DNA of 64,000 nucleotides from Lama glama (Eukaryota). The translations under genes were made by a program, and so were the position numbers. Below are positions 51,863 to 64,000 of this stretch, piece after piece. Each line of letters starts with the position of its first letter. Position 1 is the stretch's first letter. The DNA is taken from NCBI GenBank assembly GCA_028534125.1, contig CM052816.1:3412001-3476000 (forward strand). The letters are read 5' to 3'. The notes beneath the pieces were generated by a model. The model saw only the letters and a list, made by a program, of their open reading frames with translations. It did not search any database and was not told where the DNA came from.

Positions 51863-53172
51863 CTTTCATTTCACACGGACACTTTGAGCTGGGTTGAGGA
51901 TGCCAACCCAGGCTCCGAAGAGGCATGTCCCTCTGAGATTCTGCTTTTCCTCTCTGAAAAGTCTTCCCCGCTCTTCCCAGTCTAGGCAGGTCCCATATTC
52001 CTTTGAAATATAAGATTGGCCTGTCTTTCCTGTGGTGGAGACAGGTGATACTGAATCCTGTCATCTTTCCGAGATAACTCCATTACCCATGGTGGTAAAC
52101 TGGGGGAGCGACACACACTAAACCCCTTTTTAATGCTGAGCTGGCTTCTGTGTCCTTGTGCCTGTGCTGTATCCAAACAAAGTCACGTTTTGCAAGACTC
52201 CTCGTGGGTATGACTCATTGTACTCAGGAGCTGCCACTCTGTAGGGGACCCGCAGTATGGCGGACCTTCTGCCAGTCATTCCTGGAAGTTGGCTGATGTA
52301 AAATGGACCTGCAGTGAGACTCAGAGAGGGGCCGATTCAATTGGGATTAGTTAATGGGGACATTTGGTTTTGAAAGTGGAATCCTTAGTGGGAACTGTTT
52401 CCGGGCACAAAAACAAAGTGAAAGTGGATAAAAATACAAGGTAACAGCAGGAGGAGCAGCTGCAACCCACACTCTGAGGCTGTGAGGAGGAAGACAAGAG
52501 GAGTGGGCAATCGTTCCTTAAAATACGTCACTAAAACCTAGTCAAGGTAGAGCTTCCCAGAGCGGAACAGACGTTGGAGCAGCTGCGTCCCCACGGCTTA
52601 AGGGACTTCTGCCGTCTTGGCAGGGTCTCTGAGGCTCTCCGGCCAAATGCTTACTGTGCCCGAGCCAGACTTCAGTGAGCTAAAGCCTCCCAGAAGCAAA
52701 GAACATTAGTCTGGAAGGAATTTTGGTCGTCATCTTGCCTGCCACCCACCTTTTGACGGATAGATGTGCAGCAAACTCACACAGTATCTCATTTAATTAT
52801 TTTGGGGCGGGCCTTGTTTATTGCCATTGCCAGACTGTGGCGGGGGGTACCCTATAGTTCAGCTTTGGAGACAGACAGCTTCCAATTCAACTGCCAGTTA
52901 CTAGCTGCGTGCCTGTGGGCAAGTCGTGGTGTGTTCCTTACAGGATGTTTGTGAGGGATGAGGGCCATGATGTTTGCAAAGTGCATTGCACAGCGTCCCT
53001 CCCCCACTGCTCCCTCAAAGATTAGTAATAGCTCTGATATTTGTCTCATATGGTGCTAAGTGCTTTACCTGCACCATCTAATGTGACAACTTGATGAGAC
53101 GGGTGCTATCAACATCTTATAGTTCACGGTTGCCCCAGCTAGAAGTATAAATATATATATATTTTTATAAAT

Positions 53173-53204
<32 letters not shown>

Positions 53205-53393
53205 ATACATACATAAATGTGTATGCGAAGGACCTTGATCAAGGTCATATTGCCAAGGGACAAGATCAGCACTGAACTCAAATTTTGTGTGATTCAAGTC
53301 CATGCTGGTTTTACGTCACCCATTCAATACCCGAAGGACTTACTTAAGGTTATAACATAAATCATAAACAGAACCTAGACTGTAGATATTGTC

Positions 53394-53791
53394 TTTTGTT
53401 TTTAATTGGCAGTTACAATGTGTCCATTTCTGGTGTACAGCACAATGTCCCAGTCATGCATATATTCATTTTCATATTTTTTCATTAAAGGTTATTACAA
53501 GATATCGAATATAGTTCCCTGCACTATGCAGAATAAATTTGTTTTTTAAATCTATATTTATATATAAAGAGTAACATTTGCAAATCTCAAACTCCCAAAT
53601 TTATCCCTTCCCACCCCCTTTCCCTGGTAACCATACGATTGTTTACCATGTCTGTGAATCTGTTTCTGTTTTGTAGTTGAGTTCATAGTGTCCTTTTTTC
53701 ATTTTTTTTTTTTTTTAGATTCCACATATGAGTGATATCATATGGTATTTTTCTTTCTCTTTCTGGCTTACTTCACTTAGAATGACGATCT
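53394..53791 (-). mobile_element. 5'-truncated L1, 3' end, antisense in a TIM-1 intron
   Basis: TTCTGGCTTACTTCACTTAGAATGAC is the reverse L1 end. 15-bp TSD ACTGTAG[A/G]TATTGTC at 53379-53393 and 53792-53806. Confidence 0.88.
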
Positions 53792-54841
53792 ACTGTAGGT
53801 ATTGTCCATGGCTGTCTAGTGTCAGAATGAATAAAATGCAGGTGCGGTAATGTAAAGATTGGGGGGGATGGTTAGTGCACTTTCATTGCCCCTGAGGTTC
53901 TACAGTCAGTAGTCAGGGAGTTTCCCAGACCCGTAGTATCTTCCCGCGATGGGAGTGGAATGCGTGTGGGGCCCTGAGCTGAGATTCTTATCCTGTACTG
54001 GGGCTGGAAACTCGTTAAACCACTTCAGGTCTGTTTCCTCATCTATAAAATAGATTCAAAAAATTGTTGTAAGGATTTAGAGTGCTGTGCTAGATACTCA
54101 GCAAAAAGAGAGTCCCGTATTTGACCTATGGTTGCTTAGGTGGGCCAACAGTCTATGTTCTGTGTGACAAAAGAGATATTTAAAAGCCCTATTAAAATTT
54201 GGACATTCAAAACTTTCAGGCGTGATATCCATTTATAGCGGGGTTTTAGGTTGTGTAGGATATATTGGTCTTGGGGCTGATGTAACAGCTGTTTTACAAA
54301 GTACTTCTGGATCAATGTCTAGGCAGCTGGAGTATAATGTCGGGGTTGTAGGCCACCTTTTTGGATACCTTAGTACATTTTACTCACATTTGGAATGCAA
54401 AACCAACGTAATGTCCATTTCGAATAGGATGGTTCCGATCTTTGGATGTGCGTTTGGCATCTGAGCACTGATGGGCAGTTTCTTAACTGTCGTGAAAACG
54501 TTGATTACCTAACTTTAGATGGGAATTTTTATACTGGTCCTGAGAATGGGCCACTGTCACTCCTAAAATTGTAGGTAAACCTTTGTGTACATGTATTTTT
54601 CAATAAAGAAGAAAAAAGTGGTCTTGTTGTCAAAAGGTCTTTGACAAAATGGTTAAGAAACACAGCCTTACTGGTTAAGTTAATAAATGTTCATAATTTG
54701 GTGTAACTCTTGCAATGCCTCCAGCATTTGGCTGTAGTATTATTCAACTTTTCATTCATTACCAGAAAGCAATGTGAATCTATATAGTGTTTTCAGTGAA
54801 AAGTCAATATTTTTTGCTTAATTGTCCCTCTTGTTTTACAG

Positions 54842-54897
54842 ATGGGAATGACACTGTGACCAAGTCTTCAGGTGCCCTTCAGCCTAACAACCAAAGT
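54842..54897 (+). CDS. HAVCR1: HAVCR1/TIM-1-like juxtamembrane exon (DGNDTVTKSSGALQPNNQS)
   Basis: 56 nt between TTTTACAG| and |GTAAGC. Matches TIM-1 DGNDTVTESSDGLWNNNQT. Confidence 0.9.
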
Positions 54898-57724
54898 GTA
54901 AGCATATTCCTTGCATGTCTCCCTGGAGGCAAGTTACATTTAGAGATTATTACTGTTAAAACTACTCTACAGACAGATTCTTTCTAATTAAAAAAAATTG
55001 GGGGAGAAAAGAACTTGACTCTTAAATAAGGATGCTTTAGTTAATTTAAAAAATCTGTATAGATGCACCAGTTTATTAAAAATACCTAATAAGTGGTACT
55101 TTACTCTACACTCACGCACGCACACGTGTGCATGCACACACACTTCAGGCTTTCTCCCGGCCAAAAATTAGGAAAAAAAAGAATGCATTAATTCAAAGAG
55201 CACGAATTTACACACCAACGGTGACTTCAGTCATCATTAGGGAAATAACATGCTGCGAATTGATGTGGTGTAGTGGAGGCCCCCCCAGATAAAAATATTA
55301 CATAAATGAAAATGTGTTTGCTTAGACATAGGCCCCCTCACATCTTTTTTCTATATAAAAATTTTTAGGCCACTGCTATCTTTATAAGCATAAACCTCCC
55401 TCTATGAAGACTTACTAAGATCCTGATGTCTTGAACAACTTCGTCATTCTGTAAGATGTTCTCATGCTTTTCCCATAGTTTGCTTGAGAAAAATCTAAGG
55501 GGCCCAGTCTCATGATGTTCATCCAAGTCTCATCTTTGGAAATAAGTCAGAAAAATTCATCAGTGGAACCTTTTCTCTTGATTCCCTTTGGGAGGAAGAA
55601 CTTTCCTTTTACTATGTGCAACTCGCTCTTTGAAGTCACAAACAAAAAGAATTTAAAGTATGAGCGTAATCCTGATTGCAAGCGGTGAGAAATTACAGCA
55701 TGGTCACTGTAAGAGAAATTCAAGCTCAGGCAAAGCAGGGTTATCTAGTGTAAGGCCAAATGGCCTTAGGCCACATACCTTAGTGACAGTAACACCACAA
55801 CATGGGAATGATGTTAAAGATTTTAGCAACTCTCCTGGTACGGGCACTGGTTGATCCGATGGACATAGGCTGAGTTTGTATATGCCTGTTAAATCGCAGA
55901 ACTGCCACCATGATTATTCTATTATTCCAAATGATTATTCTATTGCTGTGCAGTCAGATTTATGCTAGACTGAAAAAAACCATTCTGAATGGTAAGATTG
56001 TTCTTGACCTCAGTCACCTGTAGGACAACTATGTTTAGCAACAAGCAGAAGCAATTTAGAAGCAAGTTCACCACAGTCGGTAGCAAAACTGTGGGCTTTC
56101 TGTGTCTTGACTCCGAAGATGCCAAGATGTCTCCCAGGTGCCTTGAAACCAAGCAGCATATATTCTGACCCAGTAGGTCAACTTTCTGAACTCCGTTTTA
56201 AGGAGAGAATTGAACAAATACGTGAAGAAATATGAGAAAAAAAATGTTCATCGCTGCTGTTTATAATCACGAAGATGTTGTGAACAACCTAAATGTTCAA
56301 TAATAAGGGATTAATTACTTAGCAAGGCATGCCCACTTATTACCATGAAGAAGGCCATCACTGCAGCGCATTTAGTGTTAAGTCAGCATCGATCGTCACG
56401 TGATAAACTAACTTGTCCAACGGTGTATATACTGTAGTCTATATATTGAATATAGTCATTGTTTCTGTTAAGAAAAACACTAGAAGGATAAAATTCTAGA
56501 AGAGTACGTAATGAAAAATGGTAATAGTGGCTGTTTCTGGATGTTAGGATTATGGTGGATTTTTGTTTTCCTTTCTTTATGCTTAGCTGCACATTCTAAA
56601 ATGAACATGCAGTTTTTATGTAACATAATATTTTTAAAAAGGAAGCAAAGCCTGCTTCCCTTTTTAACCCGATGTTCCATCTACTTTACTCCCCACAAGT
56701 AAGATAGTAAACAGCTTTTCCCCTCCGAAGACACTGGTCGTTCCCCCTTTACGCAAGGGCACCTCAGATGCTAAAATGCCTCTGTATCCTTGTAGTGTTT
56801 ATGAGGAAGTGCCTAAAAGCACCTTTGCCAAGAATTGTATTTAATCTGCATTTGATAGCCAGAAACAGAGAGGCTAAATAACTTGTCTAGGGTCACACAG
56901 CAACTAAGTAAAAGAGCTAGGATTCTGACTCCAGAGATTAAACTCTTATTCAGGAAGAGACTTGGGACTCGATCCTTTTCACTGCTCTTCTGCTTTCTTT
57001 CTGTTAAAATATCTGCCCTGTGGGACCTCTTAAGGATGAGAGGTAAACTATGTAGAGGGGTCGAGGGTATTTCAGGCTTATTCCAGGAGGGGGTGATCCC
57101 TTTTGAGCTGCACTAGGGGATTTAAACAAAATTCTGTACTTCTATCCAATTGCACAGCATTTTAATTGTTAATCAGAGTCATGTCTATGAGCAGCAACTT
57201 TCCAGTCCATTTATAAAGACATAAACTCTCGAATTCTAGCTAAAAAAAAAGTAAGTTTTGTAATCAAGGGCTAAATTCCATAATTGAGCACATTTAAGTA
57301 ACATCAGATAACACCACCACATCAACTTATATGTGAACAAAGATTGTTGTTTTCTTTTTTAATATCATAAGAAGATTACTTATGGAAATAGCTTATTAAT
57401 TTTAAAAACACATGTGTAATTTATATATAATAAAGCACACTCGTTTGAATCGCACAGTTGGCGTTTTGACAAAGGTATATACTTAGATAAATACCACCCC
57501 AAGCTATAATACATTTCTACCAACCCCAAAAACATTTTGAATTTTTAATTGTCTTAGAATTTCACCATATGGTTATAACCTCAGGTCATTGGGTCTTGTC
57601 CCTCATAATCTAGATGTAGCCAAAGGCCAATAAAGGTAAATGTGTCTGGGTACATTATTTTAGGAAATGTTTTCTGCCCATAATTCTAACAAGCTGTTTG
57701 TTTGATCTGCCGATGTTTCCTTAG

Positions 57725-57839
57725 CCTGCAGTGACGGTAGAAAGTCCATGGAGGACCAACAATAAGGGAATCTACATTGGACTCTGTATTGCCGCCATAG
57801 TGTTATTGGTCACGATTTTGACTGTCTTGCTTGTCAGAA
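57725..57839 (+). CDS. HAVCR1: HAVCR1/TIM-1-like transmembrane exon
   Basis: 115 nt between CCTTAG| and A|GTAAGT. Encodes KGIYIGLCIAAIVLLVTILTVLLVR, like TIM-1 KGIYAGVCIS. Confidence 0.92.
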
Positions 57840-58722
57840 GTAAGTCACTTAAGAATTGTGCCTCTGGGAGTATTCTTGAGCCAAACTGCCTGGAGCCCCC
57901 CGTGTGCCACGTGATTTTAATTTCACCTAACTTCGTTGTTTCTTAACCTTGCTCTTCTTTATTTGTCTTAAAATTGTTGTCCCATGGAGAGAAATAGAAT
58001 ATTTAAATTCTCCATAGGAGAAATTAAATACTGAGAAATAAGAGTTGGTTGGGTAGAGCTGGGATTTGGAAGGCAGCAGACCATTGTGATGTGCAAGCTT
58101 TGTTCACTCTTCCTCTCCCCCTCCCTCAAGAACCAATGTTTGTCCGTCTATGGGGCAAAGTTGTAGAGGGTGTTACAACACCCATTTAACAGAAGAAGCA
58201 AATGAGGCACTGGGAGGGATAACTGACTTCAGAGCTAGGACTAGAGCAAAGTTTCACCAAGGAGCCATCTGGGGCGTCCTGGTCTCCTTTCCACCAGTTG
58301 TGTGTGTGTGTGTGTGTGTGATCTTTTGCCTATGAAAGAAACACAATCACCCACTTTTACAATGAAATATAGTAATTATGTTAAAATAAGCCAGGACATG
58401 TGGGTTATTATTATTATTATTAATATTATTATTATACTAAACCATTAATAAATATGAGATACTTTACACTCAGGGGCTTGTTTGGATCCTGCAGATTCAA
58501 AAAAAGTTACCTGGAGTTATCAAGGAAGAGACTAGATTGGGCTTCTTCCCCCCCCCCTTTTTTTTAATCTTTCTTCTAAATAAATTTTTTCAGGCTCTGA
58601 GTTCTGTACAGATTTTGTTCATATTAAAGTCATAACAGAAATAATACACTTGTTTGAAAAGAAACCTCATGAACTCTTTGGCTGACATGTTTAATTTTGT
58701 CTTCGGTTCTTCCCCAATTCAG

Positions 58723-58759
58723 AATATTTGTGCCTGGGAGGCAAGGTGGAGCTTCTACG
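58723..58759 (+). CDS. HAVCR1: HAVCR1/TIM-1-like first cytoplasmic exon (KYLCLGGKVELLR)
   Basis: 37 nt between AATTCAG| and CG|GTAAGT. Phases 1 and 2 join the flanking exons in frame. Confidence 0.82.
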
Positions 58760-60223
58760 GTAAGTTTAAGATGGTTTGTGTTGATGATCTTTGATGTTCT
58801 TATTCTAGTAAAAATACGGAAAAATTTCTTTCTGTCCCTCTCCTCTTTTCCTTCTGAACCTTCCATTTTATAGTCCGGATCCTGAAAAATCTAGTATCAA
58901 GAGCACCTCCATTGCTGTCCAATCTTCCAGTGGTATTTTCAGTGTCCCTGCATTTCCCCGGAATTGTGCCAGGACTGCTACAGAAAGGGCGCCTCAACCC
59001 TAACCTCCTAGAGCAAGAGAACTAAACTGCAGATTCTGCTTGGTGGGACATTTGAATGGGCTGTGTGGTGTGTTATTTGACTTCATTCAGTGCTTCGTTT
59101 ATTGAATGTTGGTCGCATGCCTACTATATTCCAAAGAGATGATCAAACCAGAGAGAAAACATACACACAATAACCAGCGTACTTTTAGTACATCCAGAGA
59201 AACACCACGGGGAGCATAGAGCAGGGCAAAAGGCCATCTGAGTGAGCCCCAGAGGAGTAGAGAGCAGCTCTGCGAAGGTCTGGAGGAAGACAACTCCAGG
59301 CTGAAGAAGCACAGAGGCCCCGGGGTGAGGCAGGTACCTCGACGTCTCCACAGTTCCCATCGTCCCCTCATGTTCCACACCCAGCCTGCTCTGGTCATTT
59401 GCATTAGTTATCTGGCCCTTTTTTTCCTTTTTAAAAAATTTTACTTTTTTACTGACGTGTGGTTGATTTACAATATTAGTTTCAGGTGTACAGCAAAGCA
59501 ATTCAATTATATACATACATATGTATATATATATTATATATATACACACACTTTCAGATTCTTTTCCATTGTATCATAGGCACTTGAATTTACAATTTTT
59601 GAAAATTTTCTCCACTGCCCAATTAAAAGGTAAATTCTCTGTATATGTCTCCCTGGAGTCATTTGCCCAAACACCTGCAATGGTTAGGAAACCACTATTT
59701 CCAAATCAGAATAGCCTGCTTTATGGGGTCCAGCTTGGGCTTTAAGCAAGGTCTTTCTTTGATTCAAAATCCATTCTTCTTAAGCTGCCATCCATTATTC
59801 CTAGTTCTCTTGCGTTGGATGTTTGCACAGCATCTTTCCTATGTCTGAGTTAATCATGCGAGCCAGCCCACAGAACGGGCCTTGAACAACGCCCGACATG
59901 TCGCAAGTGTTCCGTGAACGCTGGCTTTTATTACTGCAGCCATGCCCTTCTCAGCAGCAAACCTGTGAGGTAGGCACTATTATTGTTCTCAGTTCACAGA
60001 TTGGAAAACAGGTTTAGAAATGTTAAGCCACATCCAAGGTCAGCAGACTCAATCTTAGGTCTTTTAAAGTCCAAAACCCATACTTACAGAAGTTTTTGAC
60101 TATCTGCTTCCAAGAATAGAAGAAAAAAACAAACTCTCTCCAGGCAGAAAATTGTGAAAGATAGCATCTTTTTAGTTGATGTCTGTCCTTTCACTGTTAA
60201 CTTTTTTTCAAGGTCCACTTTTA

Positions 60224-60363
60224 GGGGGGAGATTATAGCTCAAGCAGTAGAGTGCATGCTTAGCATGCATGAGGTCCTGGGTTCAATCCACAGTACGTCC
60301 TCTAAAAATAAATAAACAAATAAACCTAATTACCTCCCTCCACCAAAAAAATGGGGGAAAAAA
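60224..60363 (+). mobile_element. tRNA-derived SINE
   Basis: Same consensus, flanked by the TSD-like CCACTTTTA on both sides. Confidence 0.88.
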
Positions 60364-61303
60364 TCCCACTTTTAATCACTTAATTATAAAAGAAAATATG
60401 CATTGTAGCAAATGTTGCGTAAAATAGAAATGGAAAACAAAACAAAACAAAAACGAGCATTTCCTCATGACATTATTTTTTTGGGCAGCTCTACCACACT
60501 GACTCATTTTGAACTATTGACACCTGAACTGTTTCCACACATGGATGACTAATCTATTTAAAGATCAGAGCTGAATGAAGATCCAGTACATTTCCTATCA
60601 TTTCTGGGCAGGCTTAGGTAATAGTCACTGTAGTCATTAAATGCAAATTATAAAAATAGCAGCTGTCTCAAAACTGCACAAATGACCTTTTCCTACACTT
60701 GATGTGCAAGTGCGTGTGTTATAAAACTCATCTAACCCCTGGCTTTCTAATGTGGATCATTCAGACATGGTAAGATTTTTGGCTCCATGATCCGGTACAC
60801 ATTTAGGTGAAATGATGCTATTTTACTCCATCCATTATGCTCTGATATTTTGTATACTTATGTCTGTTTATCATAAATACAGGACATAGACCACTAAATA
60901 GATTGAATAACCCTCTCTAAAGGGTCACAGCCTACAGCTGGGAAAACACCAGCCAAACCACTTCTTAGCTGTCTTTGACAACATGCATCGCGATTTAGCA
61001 CTTCAATCTGATGTCTGCCTTCCTGGATTTTCAATTTTTGTATTCTAGTACATGAGGCCCTTGAAGGAGACCAGTTGGAGTTTTGTGAAACTATTGCTTA
61101 AGTTTTCTACCTACTTATTAAACAGAATTTCCTGCAACTTCATATTCACAAGCCTGGATGCTTCTGTTCATTCCCTAGGCTGTGTGAACAGGGTTCTGGG
61201 AATTGCAACGACGCAGACTTGCCTGACCTGAATGTTAACGTATGTGCTGCTTGTACTTTAGAAGTGGTCTGTTTTTCTCTTACTTGTGTTATTCTTTCTG
61301 CAG

Positions 61304-61406
61304 CGTGATATCATTTAAGGACAGTCACTTTGGAGCTTTGAAAAATGCAGCTGTAAAGCATGTCCGAGCAGAAGACAATGTCTACATTATTGAGGACAGT
61401 CAGTAA
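61304..61406 (+). CDS. HAVCR1: HAVCR1/TIM-1-like terminal coding exon (VISFKDSHFGALKNAAVKHVRAEDNVYIIEDSQ*)
   Basis: Acceptor TTTCTGCAG ends at 61303. Contains the TIM-1 RAEDN[I/V]YI tyrosine motif. TAA at 61404-61406. The 8 exons sum to 1140 nt (379 aa). Confidence 0.9.
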
Positions 61407-64000
61407 GTCGTGGATTAAGATCCGGTGGCCTTCTAAGGCGTTATGACCTTGACTGCAGAAGATAGTAACCAGACATCACCATTGACGTCTGGAGCAGGAC
61501 AATTTTTCGGTCAGTTTCACCTGGCATTCCAACAAGTCAGTAACATTACGTAGAGTGTCGCTAGCTCAATCTTTGTAGTCCTAATGTTTTGTTAACTAGC
61601 TCAGTCTTTCTAGTCTTTGCAGAGCCCTTGCCAAAACATGGAATGTACCCCTTAGAATTGTGTATCCTCTTTAGACCTATAAATCCTGTATCCATCAAGA
61701 ATTCTTACTGGGGAGACAGAAAAAGCATTGCTACCTTGGTCACTCAAGCTGTCAAGAAGAGTTGGATGTGACTTGAAATCAGTAAATATGATTTGGGACT
61801 TTAAGAGCTTCACTTGAAAGCATTTTATGGTTCTCTTTTATTTTTTATCTAGTAACTCCAAATGTTCTATTCCTTAAGGCCCCCAATGGTTTCAAATCAT
61901 GGGTTGCATAGGTTTTCATTTACCCAATGGGGAAATTGAAGTGAGTGTGATTTTACCATTAGAGGCAGATCTGGTTTCTCATGGCTCTGGAAATATAAGG
62001 TATTAAGTGCTTTCCCTGGGACCAGGATGGGTATTTTAGCAGTTCGGAGAAGCTAGGGTAGTGAGCGGACCATGTAGACACCAGGGGAAGAAAATCAATG
62101 GCCATGTGACTTGTGCTGTGTCTGTTACATTGTTCCATCTGTGCTGAAGTTCTAGGCACTTCCATAGACAACTATCAGGCTCTCTGGAGTAATTTTTAGA
62201 ATGAAGCAGGGCAGAAATAAATAAATGGAAAAAAAGAGAGGGACGGAGCAGGAAACAAAGATTTCTGCCTTAGGAAAGTTGGTTTGCAAATACAATCCTG
62301 TTGTTTGAGAGTGTTCCTAGTTTCAACTGAAATTCTAAATTGTCTTCAAACCACTTTGATTATTAAAATTGTTTTGGGAGGATGAAGGATCTTTTTCATA
62401 TTGAATTAATTTTTTTTGTTACTGCTTTTTAACAATTCAATTAAAGTTTTGGTTTTGCCAGCAGAGTTTGACAAAGGCTAATGGTAAGGATCTTTTTCAT
62501 CACCAGAAGCATTTCTACATGAATAGTTAACAAGCCTGGATTTTAATTTCAGTTTGAGTAAACCCTGAAACAACTCATGCTTGGTGTTCAGAGCTACTCA
62601 CACCAAAGTGGTCTAAGTGGGCTGGATGCTTGGTTTTGAGCAATATGTTTGACACTTCTGCATAGTTCTAGGAAACTTACAGGACTTCTGAAAAAAGGTT
62701 ATATGGGCAAAGGAGATTGCTGAATATTGAACACTGATTTTCACAGGTGGTACCAAACTGACCTGGGTTAAAAAATTATGCTCCAACTACAGTGATTTTC
62801 TTTTAAATTCAAGACAAGGTGCATAAACATGGAGGTTGCAAATTGAAGCCCAGATTGGTAGCTTCTCTGAAAAGACCAAGCAACACTGGACTGCATTCCT
62901 GTGCAGCCAGGGCCCCATTAGATGGCATCGCAGCCCTTATCCCCCAGCCCTTCCCTTGCCTGCGTGTTCATGCTTGTTACCTGCTTTGTGACTTGTGGGG
63001 TTTGAAATTCATGGTGCATGTTCTATTCTCCATACCCTTCCTGGAATTTGATGAGGGCATATTAAAGGTTCTGGGAACTTGGTTAACTTTGTTTAATCCA
63101 GCATTTCCAAAATTTGCTTGAAACCCACGAGTGCAATGACTACTGATATACCCAGTAGCATTCTGTGCAACAATACATGGAGCTTGCGGGGTAGCGGGTG
63201 GAACACAGAATTAGAAATAGGACCTGAGTTCTAATCCTAACTCTTACCAGTAACATTGGATGACATTAGGGCAAATCATTATGCCTAATTTTGTTTTACA
63301 TCTATTAGAATTATTTCCATACATACCTCGGTGTATAGTGGTAATTCCAATGGCATGTTACTTGTGAGAAGTCTTTGAAAAGTGAAAAACACTACACAAA
63401 TGAAAAGTCTGTGTGTGTGTTTGTGAGGACTTTGTAGGGATAAGACATCCAGCTTCAGTGCTCAGTAAATTTCAGTGGTGTCGCATTCATCGGTCTCTTG
63501 CTGTATGTGCCCCTTTAGTTTTTTGAATAATGTTTCTATTCTGGAAAAGTTGATATTGGGTAACTTGGCTATCATTTTATATTGTAGAAAAATTCATCAA
63601 TAACTGAAAGGGAGGATGGATTAGAGGGAGGGAAGGGGAGGTATTTAGTTAATATCAAAGTCTTTTCTGTAGATGTATCAATCTTATAGAATGGATCGCC
63701 TTTTGTTTTTGATCTTTTGAGACAACTGAGATTCCATTTTCTATAATCTGTCTTGGGACATTAGGACACTGATGTAATTAAAACCATACATTTAAATTTA
63801 GGGCATTTTGCACATCGTTAGGAAGTGGAGGAACCAACCTGTCACTGATGGCTGGGAAGATAATCTTGGGAGTACATGAAAGGGTAAGGGACTCTTCATC
63901 ATACGTTCTATTTGTAGGTCCACTCATTAATAAAAACGCACTTTTGTTTTCATCGTAGAAACTGACTTGTTTCCTTATTCTCATCGTTTAGTTGAGGCCA

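Noticed and set aside
54220..54620. Segment ending AATAAAGAAGAAAAAA, considered as a retrocopy or endogenous viral element
   Set aside because: No recognisable protein in the frames I read and no convincing TSD. At most a weak intronic polyA signal.

Overview
Mammalian genomic DNA, most likely camelid (inferred from seven copies of a short tRNA-derived, Vic-1-like SINE). It corresponds to the ITK-GARIN3-MED7-TIM locus (human 5q33.3). Three protein-coding genes lie on the + strand: GARIN3/FAM71B (2 coding exons, about 595 aa), MED7 (CpG-island promoter, non-coding exon 1, 233-aa CDS) and an intact HAVCR1/TIM-1-like gene (8 reconstructed coding exons, 379 aa, WFND motif intact). The TIM-1 gene is the most unusual part. 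Its mucin stalk is rebuilt from a 27-bp minisatellite encoding a basic, Trp-containing nonapeptide. The mucin exon is tandemly duplicated, and the tail stops at the distal Tyr position. A 5.7-kb decayed class I ERV with both LTRs and a 4-bp TSD ends about 500 bp before the ATG. No HAVCR2/TIM-3 is recognisable between MED7 and TIM-1, but a 500-N gap lies in that interval. The rest is L1, L2/MIR, LTR and DNA-transposon relics plus candidate regulatory motifs. Comparisons with human genes and repeat family names are from recall, not from alignments. I found lineage-specific remodelling of a known receptor, not a clearly new biological system.
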